Origin: Proteromonas lacertae
Taxonomy: Eukaryota
DNA length: 27,469 nucleotides
Assembly (NCBI GenBank): GCA_002245135.1
Contig: NGBS01000318.1
Coordinates: forward strand, 62,001-89,469
Reading direction: 5' to 3'
Positions 12,807 to 25,335 of the stretch are shown one piece after another. How positions within the stretch are numbered: position 1 is the first letter of the stretch; each line of letters opens with the position of its first letter. The notes under the pieces were generated by a model, which saw only the letters and a list, made by a program, of their open reading frames with translations, made no database searches and was not told where the DNA came from. A program made the position numbers and the translations under genes.

Positions 12807-12892
12807 GTGTTTTAATTGTTATTACTTGCATTATCTATTATATACTATATAATACATACATATAATTAAATACCCTTTTTTAGATTAATTAT

Positions 12893-12900
12893 TGTTTGTT
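12893..12900 (+). terminator. TGTTTGTT 3'-end motif downstream of sideroflexin 3
   Basis: Exact motif 86 nt after the stop at 12806. Confidence 0.55.
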
Positions 12901-12963
12901 GAGTTTAAAAACAAAAGATATTGTTTCAAGCTTAATATTTCGGCTTGACTTTAGAAACTTGAA

Positions 12964-14658
12964 ATGTCAGTTCCAGAGAGTAGTAGTGTTGAAGAACCAG
13001 GTATTATTGTAATAATTATTTACCTATAGCTGTGTCTCCAGCTACCATTTTCTGAATCAAAAGTACTTTTGAATGATTCAGAGACATATCTATCACCATT
13101 AAGTGCTCCAGATGTTCCAAAAATTGGTATGATTATAAAATTAATATATAGATGAAACAAATCCAGATATGCCAATAACGCAAATAGATCCTTATAAAGA
13201 AGGTATTAATAATTGAAAGCAATATTTATTGTAATAAATAGAAGATTATTATTCTAGTGAAGAAGAAAATGAATCAAGTATTATTATAAATTCTAACTTC
13301 TTTTAGAATACAATGATGAGATGTGGCAAAAGCACAGAAAACACGTAATGATATTAACTTATTCAGGAAAACCAGTCTATTCACTCTATAGTGACACATT
13401 ATCAATATCAGGATTAACAGGCGTTATTCAAGCAATAATCAGTAGATCAGCATCAGTTAATAATGATATACAGTATATATTCTATCCATATCCATATGTA
13501 GTTATATACACACTGATAATTACGAAATCTACTTCTTAATTAAAGGACCACTTATTCTTACATGTTTGTATAAGAATATATATTCACAAACATTCATCAG
13601 AATATTACTTAACTTCCTCTACAAACAAATAGTCTTTATTCTTACTGATTCTGTATTTGATATTCTAATGAAAGATCCATCATACGATATGAGAAGTTTG
13701 ATTGGTCCTTCATCAACAATGATCAATAAATTAATAATTAACTTCTTTCACAGTCCTCATTTGATGTTAGAAGGTTATAATATATTGAGATTAGAGAATA
13801 ATATGAGGACAGGATTAAATACTTTATTTAGTAATCAAAAACATTCAAATTTAATGTATATATATATATTTAATATATATATATATAGGTATGGATTATT
13901 ATTAAGTGATAATAAAATCATATCATTAATCACGTAAAAAAGGCATTCCAAATCTCAATATAATGGATATTCAATTATTATTTACTTTAATTCAATCAAC
14001 TTCATTCAGTAGTGAATCTAGTGAAGTTTGGCAACCTCTCTGTTTATCATCTCTAGACTCTTCTGGCTTTGTGAATGCTTATGTTTGCACATTAAATCCA
14101 TCAATATATTTAATGTATATTGCTGTAGATAATAGTCCAGAGATGTTTCAACAATGTTCGAAATTAAAACAATTATTCATTGATCAATTGAATCAGACTT
14201 CTTATTTATCTTTTCTTTCTAATTCTATTCATATTAATTCTTATGGAGTTAGCGATATTCATCCAATGTGTAATAAAACTGTTTATTATTTCATTTACCG
14301 TAACTCATGTGGTCAAGTTACTTCTCCTATTTATGAAGGTATTTATAGCAGGAAATCTCAGCAAAGTAGATTATATCAATTATTCATGAAATCCTTTGAT
14401 AGTATGTATGTTACTAAAGCTTATGAATATTTGGAAAGAACAGATTATGAGATGATTTATTGTGTTAGGACTATGAGCTATGAAGTTTTTATATCTTTTT
14501 TTTAACTACTATTTGGTTATAGTTTCTTTAATTTTGTGTAATTCTCAATGAGTCCGTTACTGTCGTTATCAGAAGTGTATAGTTTAGCACAGAAAGTTAT
14601 ATTTTGGATTAAACAGAATGAATCGTCCCTTTTTATTATGAGAGTACCTACTTGGTAA
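12964..14658 (+). CDS. MON1: Vacuolar fusion protein Mon1/SAND (subunit of the Mon1-Ccz1 Rab7 GEF)
   Basis: Mon1-like segments: WQKHRKHVMILTYSGKPVYSLY, GVIQAIIS, FLIKGPLIL, YKQIVFILT, PSYDMRSLIG, DIQLLFTLI, WQPLCL...GFVNAY, SPLL...FWIKQNESSLFI. GT-AG introns 13001-13029, 13127-13151, 13203-13241, 13278-13306, 13473-13501, 13856-13888, plus a non-canonical one at 14491-14541. Two +1 disruptions, near 13050 and 13930. The start codon is less certain than the conserved core. Confidence 0.9.
14491..14541 (+). other. Putative minor-spliceosome (U12-type) AT-AA intron, 51 nt
   Basis: The 5' end is ATATCTTT. A branch-like TTCTTTAAT at 14524-14532 lies about 10 nt before the end (GTGTAA). Removal gives YEVF|FSMSPL in frame; no GT-AG pair restores the frame. 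Confidence 0.7.
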
Positions 14659-14838
14659 ATATTTTAACATTTATGACTATTTGTGTTATTATTATTCTTT
14701 TGTTTATGTTTATTTTATGAAGAGTGTTATTTTTGTTAACTTATAGAAGCATTACGATTAGTATATGATGAGATATTTTGAATATATAATTCAAGCTTAG
14801 GCTTGTCGTTGAACAGTTTTAATTTTTTTGATCTGCTG

Positions 14839-17800
14839 ATGCAAGGAGAGATTTCAAACAGAAACTGTCCAAATTGTAGCTGCAGCATATTTATACAACC
14901 AGATACTGGTAATATTTGTAAAGCATGTGGTCATCCTCACATCAGAATGCCTTGTATAGATTGCTAATATTATATATAAATAGTACAAGCTAATGTCATA
15001 CAATCATCTTCTAACAGCGATTCTTTTAGTGAGACTTCTGAAGTAAGTTCATTGTCTTCATCCAAGTCTCCCAATAAACATTTTTATAAATACAATGAAG
15101 TAATGCCATTAAGAGCAATTTTAAGAAGACAGAAATCAGCAACAACTATTTCCACTGATATATCTGATTCAACTGCAGAAACAATCGATGTAAATAAGTA
15201 CATTCCAAACAAATACAAATTCTCATCACCCACAAATCGAGGTCGTTCTTCTTCAGCTGAAAGAAGAAACTCTGGAACAAGACGAAGTTCAAATCCCTAT
15301 ATTTTACCAGCTCCAGTCTCAGATAGACGGTCCATTCCAAATATTCCAAATATTTCCATTCCTGATCAATATACTCCCTATATAGCACCATCTCCTACTA
15401 AAACATATCATTCACAACATCAATCTTCAACCTATATTCCTCCACCATCACTTCCACAATCTTATCAACCATTTTTTTCGCCTTATTCTCCTTATAACAA
15501 TAATCCAATATATGGAAGTGGTAGTAATGATATTATATCACCTGAAGCCTATCTTAATCAATCAAGATCATCTGTATATATTATTATTATTACATTAATT
15601 TAGACAACATCTGCTACTACATCTACAACTTGTACGAGTGACTATATTAGTGATGCAACATCTCCTGCAATTAATAATAACATCACTACTCCAACAATGA
15701 TGAACCAAAATGCAATATATCAATTAACTACTATGAATGTATATAATTATTATAATATTATTTTATTATGAAAATAGAATGAGAAAGATAATTTAATCAA
15801 GAAGATGTCTGAATATATAGAGAAACTATCCAATTTATTTGGTTCCAATTACAATTCGCATAATCTAATTACTACATTACAATGTATTTATGGTAAAGCA
15901 GAAATGTTTAAACAAGAATACGATGATTTAAACCAGAAAATGATGAATAATAATAAGAAGTATTTAAATATCAACAATATGATGGAAAGTGAAACATCTT
16001 CTGAAACAAATGTTACTGATTTGATCCAACAACTTAATGAACTAAAAGCTCAAGCAGAAAAAGAAGATTTAATAAGAAAACAAAGAGATGAACTACTTGA
16101 AGATGATGAAGAAAAAAGATTAGAAAATGAAATTAATGATGAAAATGAAGATGATGATGATGATGAAAGTGAAAAAGTGAAATATGAACCAATCAATTCA
16201 ATCGATGAACCACCAGAACTATTAGATATCAACAAAGAGAAGAAAATATTAAAAGAAAAGAGGAATAGTTTAATTAATTTACGAAGAAAATCATCTTTAA
16301 GAAGAGCATCTGATATATCATCACAGAGTTATTATGAGAGATTGAATAATAATGTTATTTATGAAGAAGGAATCAATACAGAAGAAATATCGTTAAATGT
16401 AAGTAATTATCCATCAGAAGATCTTATAATTGATGAATTTGGAGTATTAATATATATATATTGCATTTATATTTATTTTTAATAGATATTTGATAGTTGT
16501 ATTTATTCTGCATCAAGTTCACCACTTCATGAAAGAGTTAATAGTAATAAATTCGATATATTAGAGATAGTACAATATGATGAATGTAAACTGATATTAG
16601 ATGACTTTAAGAGCGAGTTATGTGTTTTATCAAATCTAATTACATTACTGAGTGATAATAATAATAATTATGAAAATATTAAGGACGAAATTTATACACC
16701 AGAATATATATCACATCAATCAATACAATTTGATGATGAAAATGTAAAGCAAGAAATAGCAGTTGATCTTTCTACTTCAATAATAACTACAACTAATTTT
16801 ATATATGAGGATAAAGAATATGGAGATTCAAAGATAGATGTCAATGAAATAGAGCCATATAAATATGAAGAAAAAGAGTTTAAGATAGAAGAAAATGAAA
16901 ATGATTCATTCCTAATATATAAAGAACAAGAAAAACCAATTTTACAATCTTCCAGTATAATAGAACAAAAGAAACAATTAACCAGTTTTAGTTTTGAAAT
17001 TAAAGACTTTATATCTCCAATCAGTACTGAAGATTCATTTGTAATATTAAACGAAAGTAAATCATCATTTAGATTAGATGAAAGTAAGTTAGAAAACAGT
17101 AAAATAATTGAAAAAGAAGTAATTGAAGAGAGTAAATATGAAGATGGATCATTCTCTGACTATGTGAAAGAGAAGGAACAATCAATATTAATTGAGAATG
17201 GAAATCGTACTGTTGATTTGAGTAGTTCATTTACTGATTATATATGCGTGGAATATAAAGAGAATGCGATAATAAATATTGAAATAGAAAATATTCACAA
17301 GAAGAAGGAAGAGAAAGAAGAAGTGATATATAAATCATCAATAATTTCAAATGACTCAATAATTGATGAAAGAAATACATTAAGAAGAAGAAGAAGAAAT
17401 CATAGAAGAGAAAATGAAGAAAAAGACAATGAGTTGAGATTTGAAGAGAATTATGTAACAGCAGAAAGTGGATTAGTTGAATCTGAAGAAGAAATTGATC
17501 TATCTACTTCAATAAGTATGACTAATTTGATATATGAGGATAAAGAATATGGAAATTCAAAAATAGATGTCAATGAAATAGAGCCATATAAATATGAAGA
17601 AAAAGAGTTTAAGATAGAAGAAAATGAAAATGATTCATTCCTAATAATGAATGAAAGTAAAGAGCAATGTGATTTAAATATATTAGACTCAATGTCAATA
17701 ATACAAGATCATAATGACCTAATTATAACACAGAACAATGAAATAAATAAAAATGAATTATCTTTACAACAAAATGAAATGATTGAATGTTTATCTGAGA

Positions 17801-20800
17801 TTCAATCTCCAGATTCTTTATCTTATTCTTCTCCAATACATCATCGTTTGTCTATTGATTCTGCTAATACTATTGATTTATCAACTTCATATATATTATG
17901 TGATTTGTTATCTGATCCTCCTAAAAGATGTAAACAACAGCAGGATGTTGTATTTAAAGTTGATATAATTAGCAAAATGTCAACTATACAGGAAGAAGAG
18001 GAAATTGAAGACATATATAATATTAAGACAATAAATGAATTGAGTAGTAATGAGAATATGAAAGTAGAATCTGAAAATAGGATACTTATACATTATACAC
18101 TTTTAAATTTGATGATAGAAGAAAAAGAAATGAATAAATCAACAATTGAAGTAATAAATGTAGATAATGATAAGAAAGAAGAAGAAAGTAAACTAGAGAA
18201 TAGTATAATGATAGAAAAATATGAATTGAAAGAGAATAAATATGAGATGAAAGACATGTTTAAAGCTGAGAAAGCTGAATTAGAGAATTCCATACTGATT
18301 ATGAAAGAAGGTAAAGTAAAATCAGCAGAAGTGAAAGAAAGAGATGAATATAAACTGGAGAAGTCTGAATTGATGAATGGAATATTAATGGAAAGTGAGA
18401 AATATGAAGTGAAAGAGTTTTATGAAATAGAAAATGAAACTGAAAAGTCGTTCTTAATCGAAAATGAGAATAACAACAACTCATTCGATTTAAACACATC
18501 ATATAATGAGATAATTACATTGAAAGAAGAAGATAATAAAGAAGAAGAAGAAAGTAAATTAGAGAAATCATTAATGATAGATGGAATGAAAGTAGAAGAA
18601 AATCATTTCGAATTAAAAGAATTCAAAATGGAAGATAATGAAAATGATTCAATATTAATAGAAAGAATAGAAAGATCATCAAATGGTTTAGGAGTTGCAA
18701 TACCTATAAATTCCGAATCTGTTGATATGAATAAAGAATTGAAAGTGATAGAATATGATATAGTTGATATAAAAGAAGAAGAAAGTAAACTAGAGAATAG
18801 TATAATGATAGAAAAATATGAATTGAAAGAGAATAAATATGAGATGAAAGACATGTTTAAAGCTGAGAAAGCTGAATTAGAGAATTCCATACTGATTATG
18901 AAAGAAGGTAAAGTAAAATCAGCAGAAGTGAAAGAAAGAGATGAATATAAACTGGAGAAGTCTGAATTGATGAATGGAATATTAATGGAAAGTGAGAAAT
19001 ATGAAGTGAAAGAGTTTTATGAAATAGAAAATGAAACTGAAAAGTCGTTCTTAATCGAAAATGAGAATAACAACAACTCATTCGATTTAAATTTAAGTGA
19101 ATCATTTAATGATTATATTTGTGTAGAATATAAAGAAAGTGAGATAGTGAATATGAAATGTAAAGAGATAGAAAAAGAAGATGTAATATACAAATGTGAA
19201 ATAATTTCAAACAATTCAATTTTGAGTAAAAGAGGATTAAGAAGAATGAGAATACATAATAAAAATGAAGAAGAAAATGAATTAAAACTGAAAGAAAAGT
19301 ATGAAACAACAGAAAGTGGTTTAATAGAAGATGAATGTGAAGAAGAAAGTGAATATGTAGATGTAGATGTAGATGTAGATAATGAAGAAATAGTAAATCT
19401 ATCAATATCGATGAGTCAAACTGATTTAATCTATAAAGAAGAAGAAGAAATGACGAAAGAAGATAATAGATTAGAGACATCTGAATTAATAAATATAAAT
19501 GATATAAAATCTAATAAATATGAAGAAAAAGAATTTAAGATAGAAGAAAGTGAAAGTGTATTATTTTTAATAATGAACGATAGTAAAGTAAAATTTGATG
19601 CCAATATAATACTTGATTCATTATCGATATTAGAAGATCACAATGATTTAATATTCAAAGAAAGTGAAGTAAAAGCAGAAAATAAGCTAGAGAATAGTAT
19701 AATGATAGAAAAATATGAATTGAAAGAGAATAAATATGAGATGAAAGACATGTTTAAAGCTGAGAAAGCTGAATTAGAGAATTCCATACTGATTATGAAA
19801 GAAGGTAAAGTAAAATCAGCAGAAGTGAAAGAAAGAGATGAATATAAACTGGAGAAGTCTGAATTGATGAATGGAATATTAATGGAAAGTGAGAAATATG
19901 AAGTGAAAGAGTTTTATGAAATAGAAAATGAAACTGAAAAGTCGTTCTTAATCGAAAATGAGAATAACAACAACTCATTCGATTTAAATTTAAGTGAATC
20001 ATTTAATGATTATATTTGTGTAGAATATAAAGAAAGTGAGATAGTGAATATGAAATGTAAAGAGATAGAAAAAGAAGATGTAATATACAAATGTGAAATA
20101 ATTTCAAACAATTCAATTTTGAGTAAAAGAGGATTAAGAAGAATGAGAATACATAATAAAAATGAAGAAGAAAATGAATTAAAACTGAAAGAAAAGTATG
20201 AAACAACAGAAAGTGGTTTAATAGAAGATGAATGTGAAGAAGAAAGTGAATATGTAGATGTAGATGTAGATGTAGATAATGAAGAAATAGTAAATCTATC
20301 AATATCGATGAGTCAAACTGATTTAATCTATAAAGAAGAAGAAGAAATGACGAAAGAAGATAATAGATTAGAGACATCTGAATTAATAAATATAAATGAT
20401 ATAAAATCTAATAAATATGAAGAAAAAGAATTTAAGATAGAAGAAAGTGAAAGTGTATTATTTTTAATAATGAACGATAGTAAAGTAAAATTTGATGCCA
20501 ATATAATACTTGATTCATTATCGATATTAGAAGATCACAATGATTTAATATTCAAAGAAAGTGAAGTAAAAGCAGAAAATAAGCTAGAGAATAGTATAAT
20601 GATAGAAAAATATGAATTGAAAGAGAATAAATATGAGATGAAAGACATGTTTAAAGCTGAGAAAGCTGAATTAGAGAATTCCATACTGATTATGAAAGAA
20701 GGTAAAGTAAAATCAGCAGAAGTGAAAGAAAGAGATGAATATAAACTGGAGAAGTCTGAATTGATGAATGGAATATTAATGGAAAGTGAGAAATATGAAG

Positions 20801-23800
20801 TGAAAGAGTTTTATGAAATAGAAAATGAAACTGAAAAGTCGTTCTTAATCGAAAATGAGAATAACAACAACTCATTCGATTTAAACACATCATATAATGA
20901 GATAATTACATTGAAAGAAGAAGATAATAAAGAAGAAGAAGAAAGTAAATTAGAGAAATCATTAATGATAGATGGAATGAAAGTAGAAGAAAATCATTTC
21001 GAATTAAAAGAATTCAAAATGGAAGATAATGAAAATGATTCAATATTAATAGAAAGAATAGAAAGATCATCAAATGGTTTAGGAGTTGCAATACCTATAA
21101 ATTCCGAATCTGTTGATATGAATAAAGAATTGAAAGTGATAGAATATGATATAGTTGATATAAAAGAAGAAGAAAGTAAACTAGAGAATAGTATAATGAT
21201 AGAAAAATATGAATTGAAAGAGAATAAATATGAGATGAAAGACATGTTTAAAGCTGAGAAAGCTGAATTAGAGAATTCCATACTGATTATGAAAGAAGGT
21301 AAAGTAAAATCAGCAGAAGTGAAAGAAAGAGATGAATATAAACTGGAGAAGTCTGAATTGATGAATGGAATATTAATGGAAAGTGAGAAATATGAAGTGA
21401 AAGAGTTTTATGAAATAGAAAATGAAACTGAAAAGTCGTTCTTAATCGAAAATGAGAATAACAACAACTCATTCGATTTAAATTTAAGTGAATCATTTAA
21501 TGATTATATTTGTGTAGAATATAAAGAAAGTGAGATAGTGAATATGAAATGTAAAGAGATAGAAAAAGAAGATGTAATATACAAATGTGAAATAATTTCA
21601 AACAATTCAATTTTGAGTAAAAGAGGATTAAGAAGAATGAGAATACATAATAAAAATGAAGAAGAAAATGAATTAAAACTGAAAGAAAAGTATGAAACAA
21701 CAGAAAGTGGTTTAATAGAAGATGAATGTGAAGAAGAAAGTGAATATGTAGATGTAGATGTAGATGTAGATAATGAAGAAATAGTAAATCTATCAATATC
21801 GATGAGTCAAACTGATTTAATCTATAAAGAAGAAGAAGAAATGACGAAAGAAGATAATAGATTAGAGACATCTGAATTAATAAATATAAATGATATAAAA
21901 TCTAATAAATATGAAGAAAAAGAATTTAAGATAGAAGAAAGTGAAAGTGTATTATTTTTAATAATGAACGATAGTAAAGTAAAATTTGATGCCAATATAA
22001 TACTTGATTCATTATCGATATTAGAAGATCACAATGATTTAATATTCAAAGAAAGTGAAGTAAAAGCAGAAAATAAGCTAGAGAATAGTATAATGATAGA
22101 AAAATATGAATTGAAAGAGAATAAATATGAGATGAAAGACATGTTTAAAGCTGAGAAAGCTGAATTAGAGAATTCCATACTGATTATGAAAGAAGGTAAA
22201 GTAAAATCAGCAGAAGTGAAAGAAAGAGATGAATATAAACTGGAGAAGTCTGAATTGATGAATGGAATATTAATGGAAAGTGAGAAATATGAAGTGAAAG
22301 AGTTTTATGAAATAGAAAATGAAACTGAAAAGTCGTTCTTAATCGAAAATGAGAATAACAACAACTCATTCGATTTAAACACATCATATAATGAGATAAT
22401 TACATTGAAAGAAGAAGATAATAAAGAAGAAGAAGAAAGTAAATTAGAGAAATCATTAATGATAGATGGAATGAAAGTAGAAGAAAATCATTTCGAATTA
22501 AAAGAATTCAAAATGGAAGATAATGAAAATGATTCAATATTAATAGAAAGAATAGAAAGATCATCAAATGGTTTAGGAGTTGCAATACCTATAAATTCCG
22601 AATCTGTTGATATGAATAAAGAATTGAAAGTGATAGAATATGATATAGTTGATATAAAAGAAGAAGAAAGTAAACTAGAGAATAGTATAATGATAGAAAA
22701 ATATGAATTGAAAGAGAATAAATATGAGATGAAAGACATGTTTAAAGCTGAGAAAGCTGAATTAGAGAATTCCATACTGATTATGAAAGAAGGTAAAGTA
22801 AAATCAGCAGAAGTGAAAGAAAGAGATGAATATAAACTGGAGAAGTCTGAATTGATGAATGGAATATTAATGGAAAGTGAGAAATATGAAGTGAAAGAGT
22901 TTTATGAAATAGAAAATGAAACTGAGAAATCGTTCTTAATCGAAAATGAGAATAACAACAACTCATTCGATTTAAACACATCATATAATGAGATAATTAC
23001 ATTGAAAGAAGAAGATAATAAAGAAGAAGAAGAAAGTAAATTAGAGAAATCATTAATGATAGATGGAATGAAAGTAGAAGAAAATCATTTCGAATTAAAA
23101 GAATTCAAAATGGAAGATAATGAAAATGATTCAATATTAATAGAAAGAATAGAAAGATCATCAAATGGTTTAGGAGTTGCAATACCTATAAATTCCGAAT
23201 CTGTTGATATGAATAAAGAATTGAAAGTGATAGAATATGATATAGTTGATATAAAAGAAGAAGAAAGTAAACTAGAGAATAGTATAATGATAGAAAAATA
23301 TGAATTGAAAGAGAATAAATATGAGATGAAAGACATGTTTAAAGCTGAGAAAGCTGAATTAGAGAATTCCATACTGATTATGAAAGAAGGTAAAGTAAAA
23401 TCAGCAGAAGTGAAAGAAAGAGATGAATATAAACTGGAGAAGTCTGAATTGATGAATGGAATATTAATGGAAAGTGAGAAATATGAAGTGAAAGAGTTTT
23501 ATGAAATAGAAAATGAAACTGAAAAGTCGTTCTTAATCGAAAATGAGAATAACAACAACTCATTCGATTTAAACACTTCTTATAAAGAAGAAGAGAATGT
23601 ATTAGAGAAGTCTGAAGTAATTGAATGTGACTATTTACCTCAGAGTGAATATGAATATAAAGAGTTTAATATTAACAAAGATGAAGGATCTGTTCTTATT
23701 AGAGAAATAAATGAAATTATATCAGAAAATAATCTTCTACCAAAACTCACTACACAAACATTTGAAGTTATTTCTGTTAACAAAGATGTTATTACTGATG

Positions 23801-25233
23801 AAAATCAATTAAATGAAAGTATAGTAATAGATAATACAGATGAAGAAGATGTTAATAAATTGGAATGTAGATATAAAGAATTCAAACCAAATAATGAAAT
23901 TAGTTCAGTTGTCTATCAAGTAAATCAATCAAAGAATAATTATGCTGTGAAATGCAATGTAATATCTACTGAGAAATTTGAATTAAATCAATCAACTTGT
24001 GAAGATGGTATATTTAAAGTAGATGAATCAAATACTTCTATTGTGTATGAAACCTCTAAACATCCAAATTCAGATGGTTTAGTTGTAAATAACCCTAATA
24101 AACTTGATATTTCTATTATTTATAATGAAGAAAAAGAGGAATTAAAGGATGATAATAAACCACAACATTTTTTTTCAAGTGTTATTGTAACTACAAATAA
24201 GTTCACTGATATTGATGAGAATCAACAAATGAATGAGTCACAGTATGAAGTTAAAGATTTTACACCAGAAGTATCTGAAATATCCATAATTTATGAACCA
24301 AATAATTACAATGAAAAGGAATTTGAAGATCTGAATATATCAAATTGCGATATAATCAATTTAGAATATGAAGATATAGAGAATGATGATGTTAATCCTC
24401 AGATGTTTAAATCATCAATTAAAGGAAATGATTTCTTTAACTTAATACCATTAGCATATGAAGATAAGATAATAAATAGTAATGAATTTACTTCAGAATC
24501 TGTATTATATGATGTTAATAAGCAAATGAAAGTTGATAATATCAATTTGAGTTATTTATCAGAAGAACAAATATCAATAATAGAAAATGAGAATGAGAAA
24601 CAACTGAATGTAATAAGATATAATACAATTGATTATGAGTCGAATGAAATAATGAACAGTCCAGACAATTCAGACTCAAAATTAGAATATTCTGCAAATG
24701 ATTTGGTATTTTGTGAATCAGACAATAATAATAATATCAATAAAGAAAATGAAAATTACTCCTTACCAATTGAATTATCAAAATCACTAAAAAGAATAAA
24801 AGAATTATACACAAATTATCAAGAATTATTAAAAGAAAACAATTTGAAACTTAATCACAGTTATATGAATCTCTTTAAACATGTAACAAAAATAGCAATG
24901 GAATCATTGAATTTAGATTGGAAGAAGAAAGTGAAGATATTAGGAAAGAACTATAAGTCATTTATTGAGATTTTAATGGAGTATATCGACTATTTGGAGA
25001 ATTTAGTTCAGACAAATAACATTGAAATACCAGATAGTACAGAACATCAGAATTATACAATAAACAGAGCAAATCTAGAAGCTGCTAGTAGTGTTCATAA
25101 AAGTTTGAGTCATGGAAATACTACTATGAATGAAACACTTAATTCACTTCCTATACCAAATAGTTTATTATCTTTAGATAGTATTTTGAATGAATATAAT
25201 AAAGAAGTTGTGTCAATAATTAAATTTATGTAA
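14839..25233 (+). CDS. Giant (~3,417 aa) acidic E/K/N-rich modular repeat protein of unknown function with an N-terminal Cys/His motif
   Basis: Exons 14839-14953, 14984-15573, 15604-15738, 15778-16443 and 16486-25233 join in frame through GTAT...TAG introns of 30, 30, 39 and 42 nt. This links three separate ORF-track entries. The last exon is 8,748 nt and uninterrupted. No signal peptide or TM helix is evident. Confidence 0.8.
18190..23574 (+). repeat. Coding composite tandem array A-B-A-C-A-C-A-B-A-C-A-B-A-B-A
   Basis: A is 306 nt (102 aa), starting at 18190, 18787, 19684, 20581, 21178, 22075, 22672 and 23269. Spacings are 597 nt (A+B; B = 97 aa, 4 copies) or 897 nt (A+C; C = 197 aa, 3 copies). 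Translations of the copies look identical. Confidence 0.95.
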
Positions 25234-25335
25234 ATATTTAACTTATTTAATTAACCCTGTTTTATTGTGATTATTTTAGTGATTTTATAAAATAGAAATT
25301 AATTAAAGAGATAATTAATATTTGTAATGATATCT

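Noticed and set aside
13934..14009. 76-nt GT-AG intron rescuing the Mon1 frame
   Set aside because: It would remove the conserved DIQLLFTLI segment, has a GTAAA donor unlike all other introns, and is far outside the size range.
18093..23563. Many repeated minus-strand ORFs (61-124 aa, rich in L/F/S/H)
   Set aside because: They are antisense shadows of the purine-rich repeat exon and recur exactly with the 597/897-nt period.
18190..23574. Repeat-spacer layout resembling a CRISPR array or mobile element
   Set aside because: Units are hundreds of nt long, in-frame coding, and have only two recurring 'spacers'. There are no cas genes, transposase or terminal repeats.
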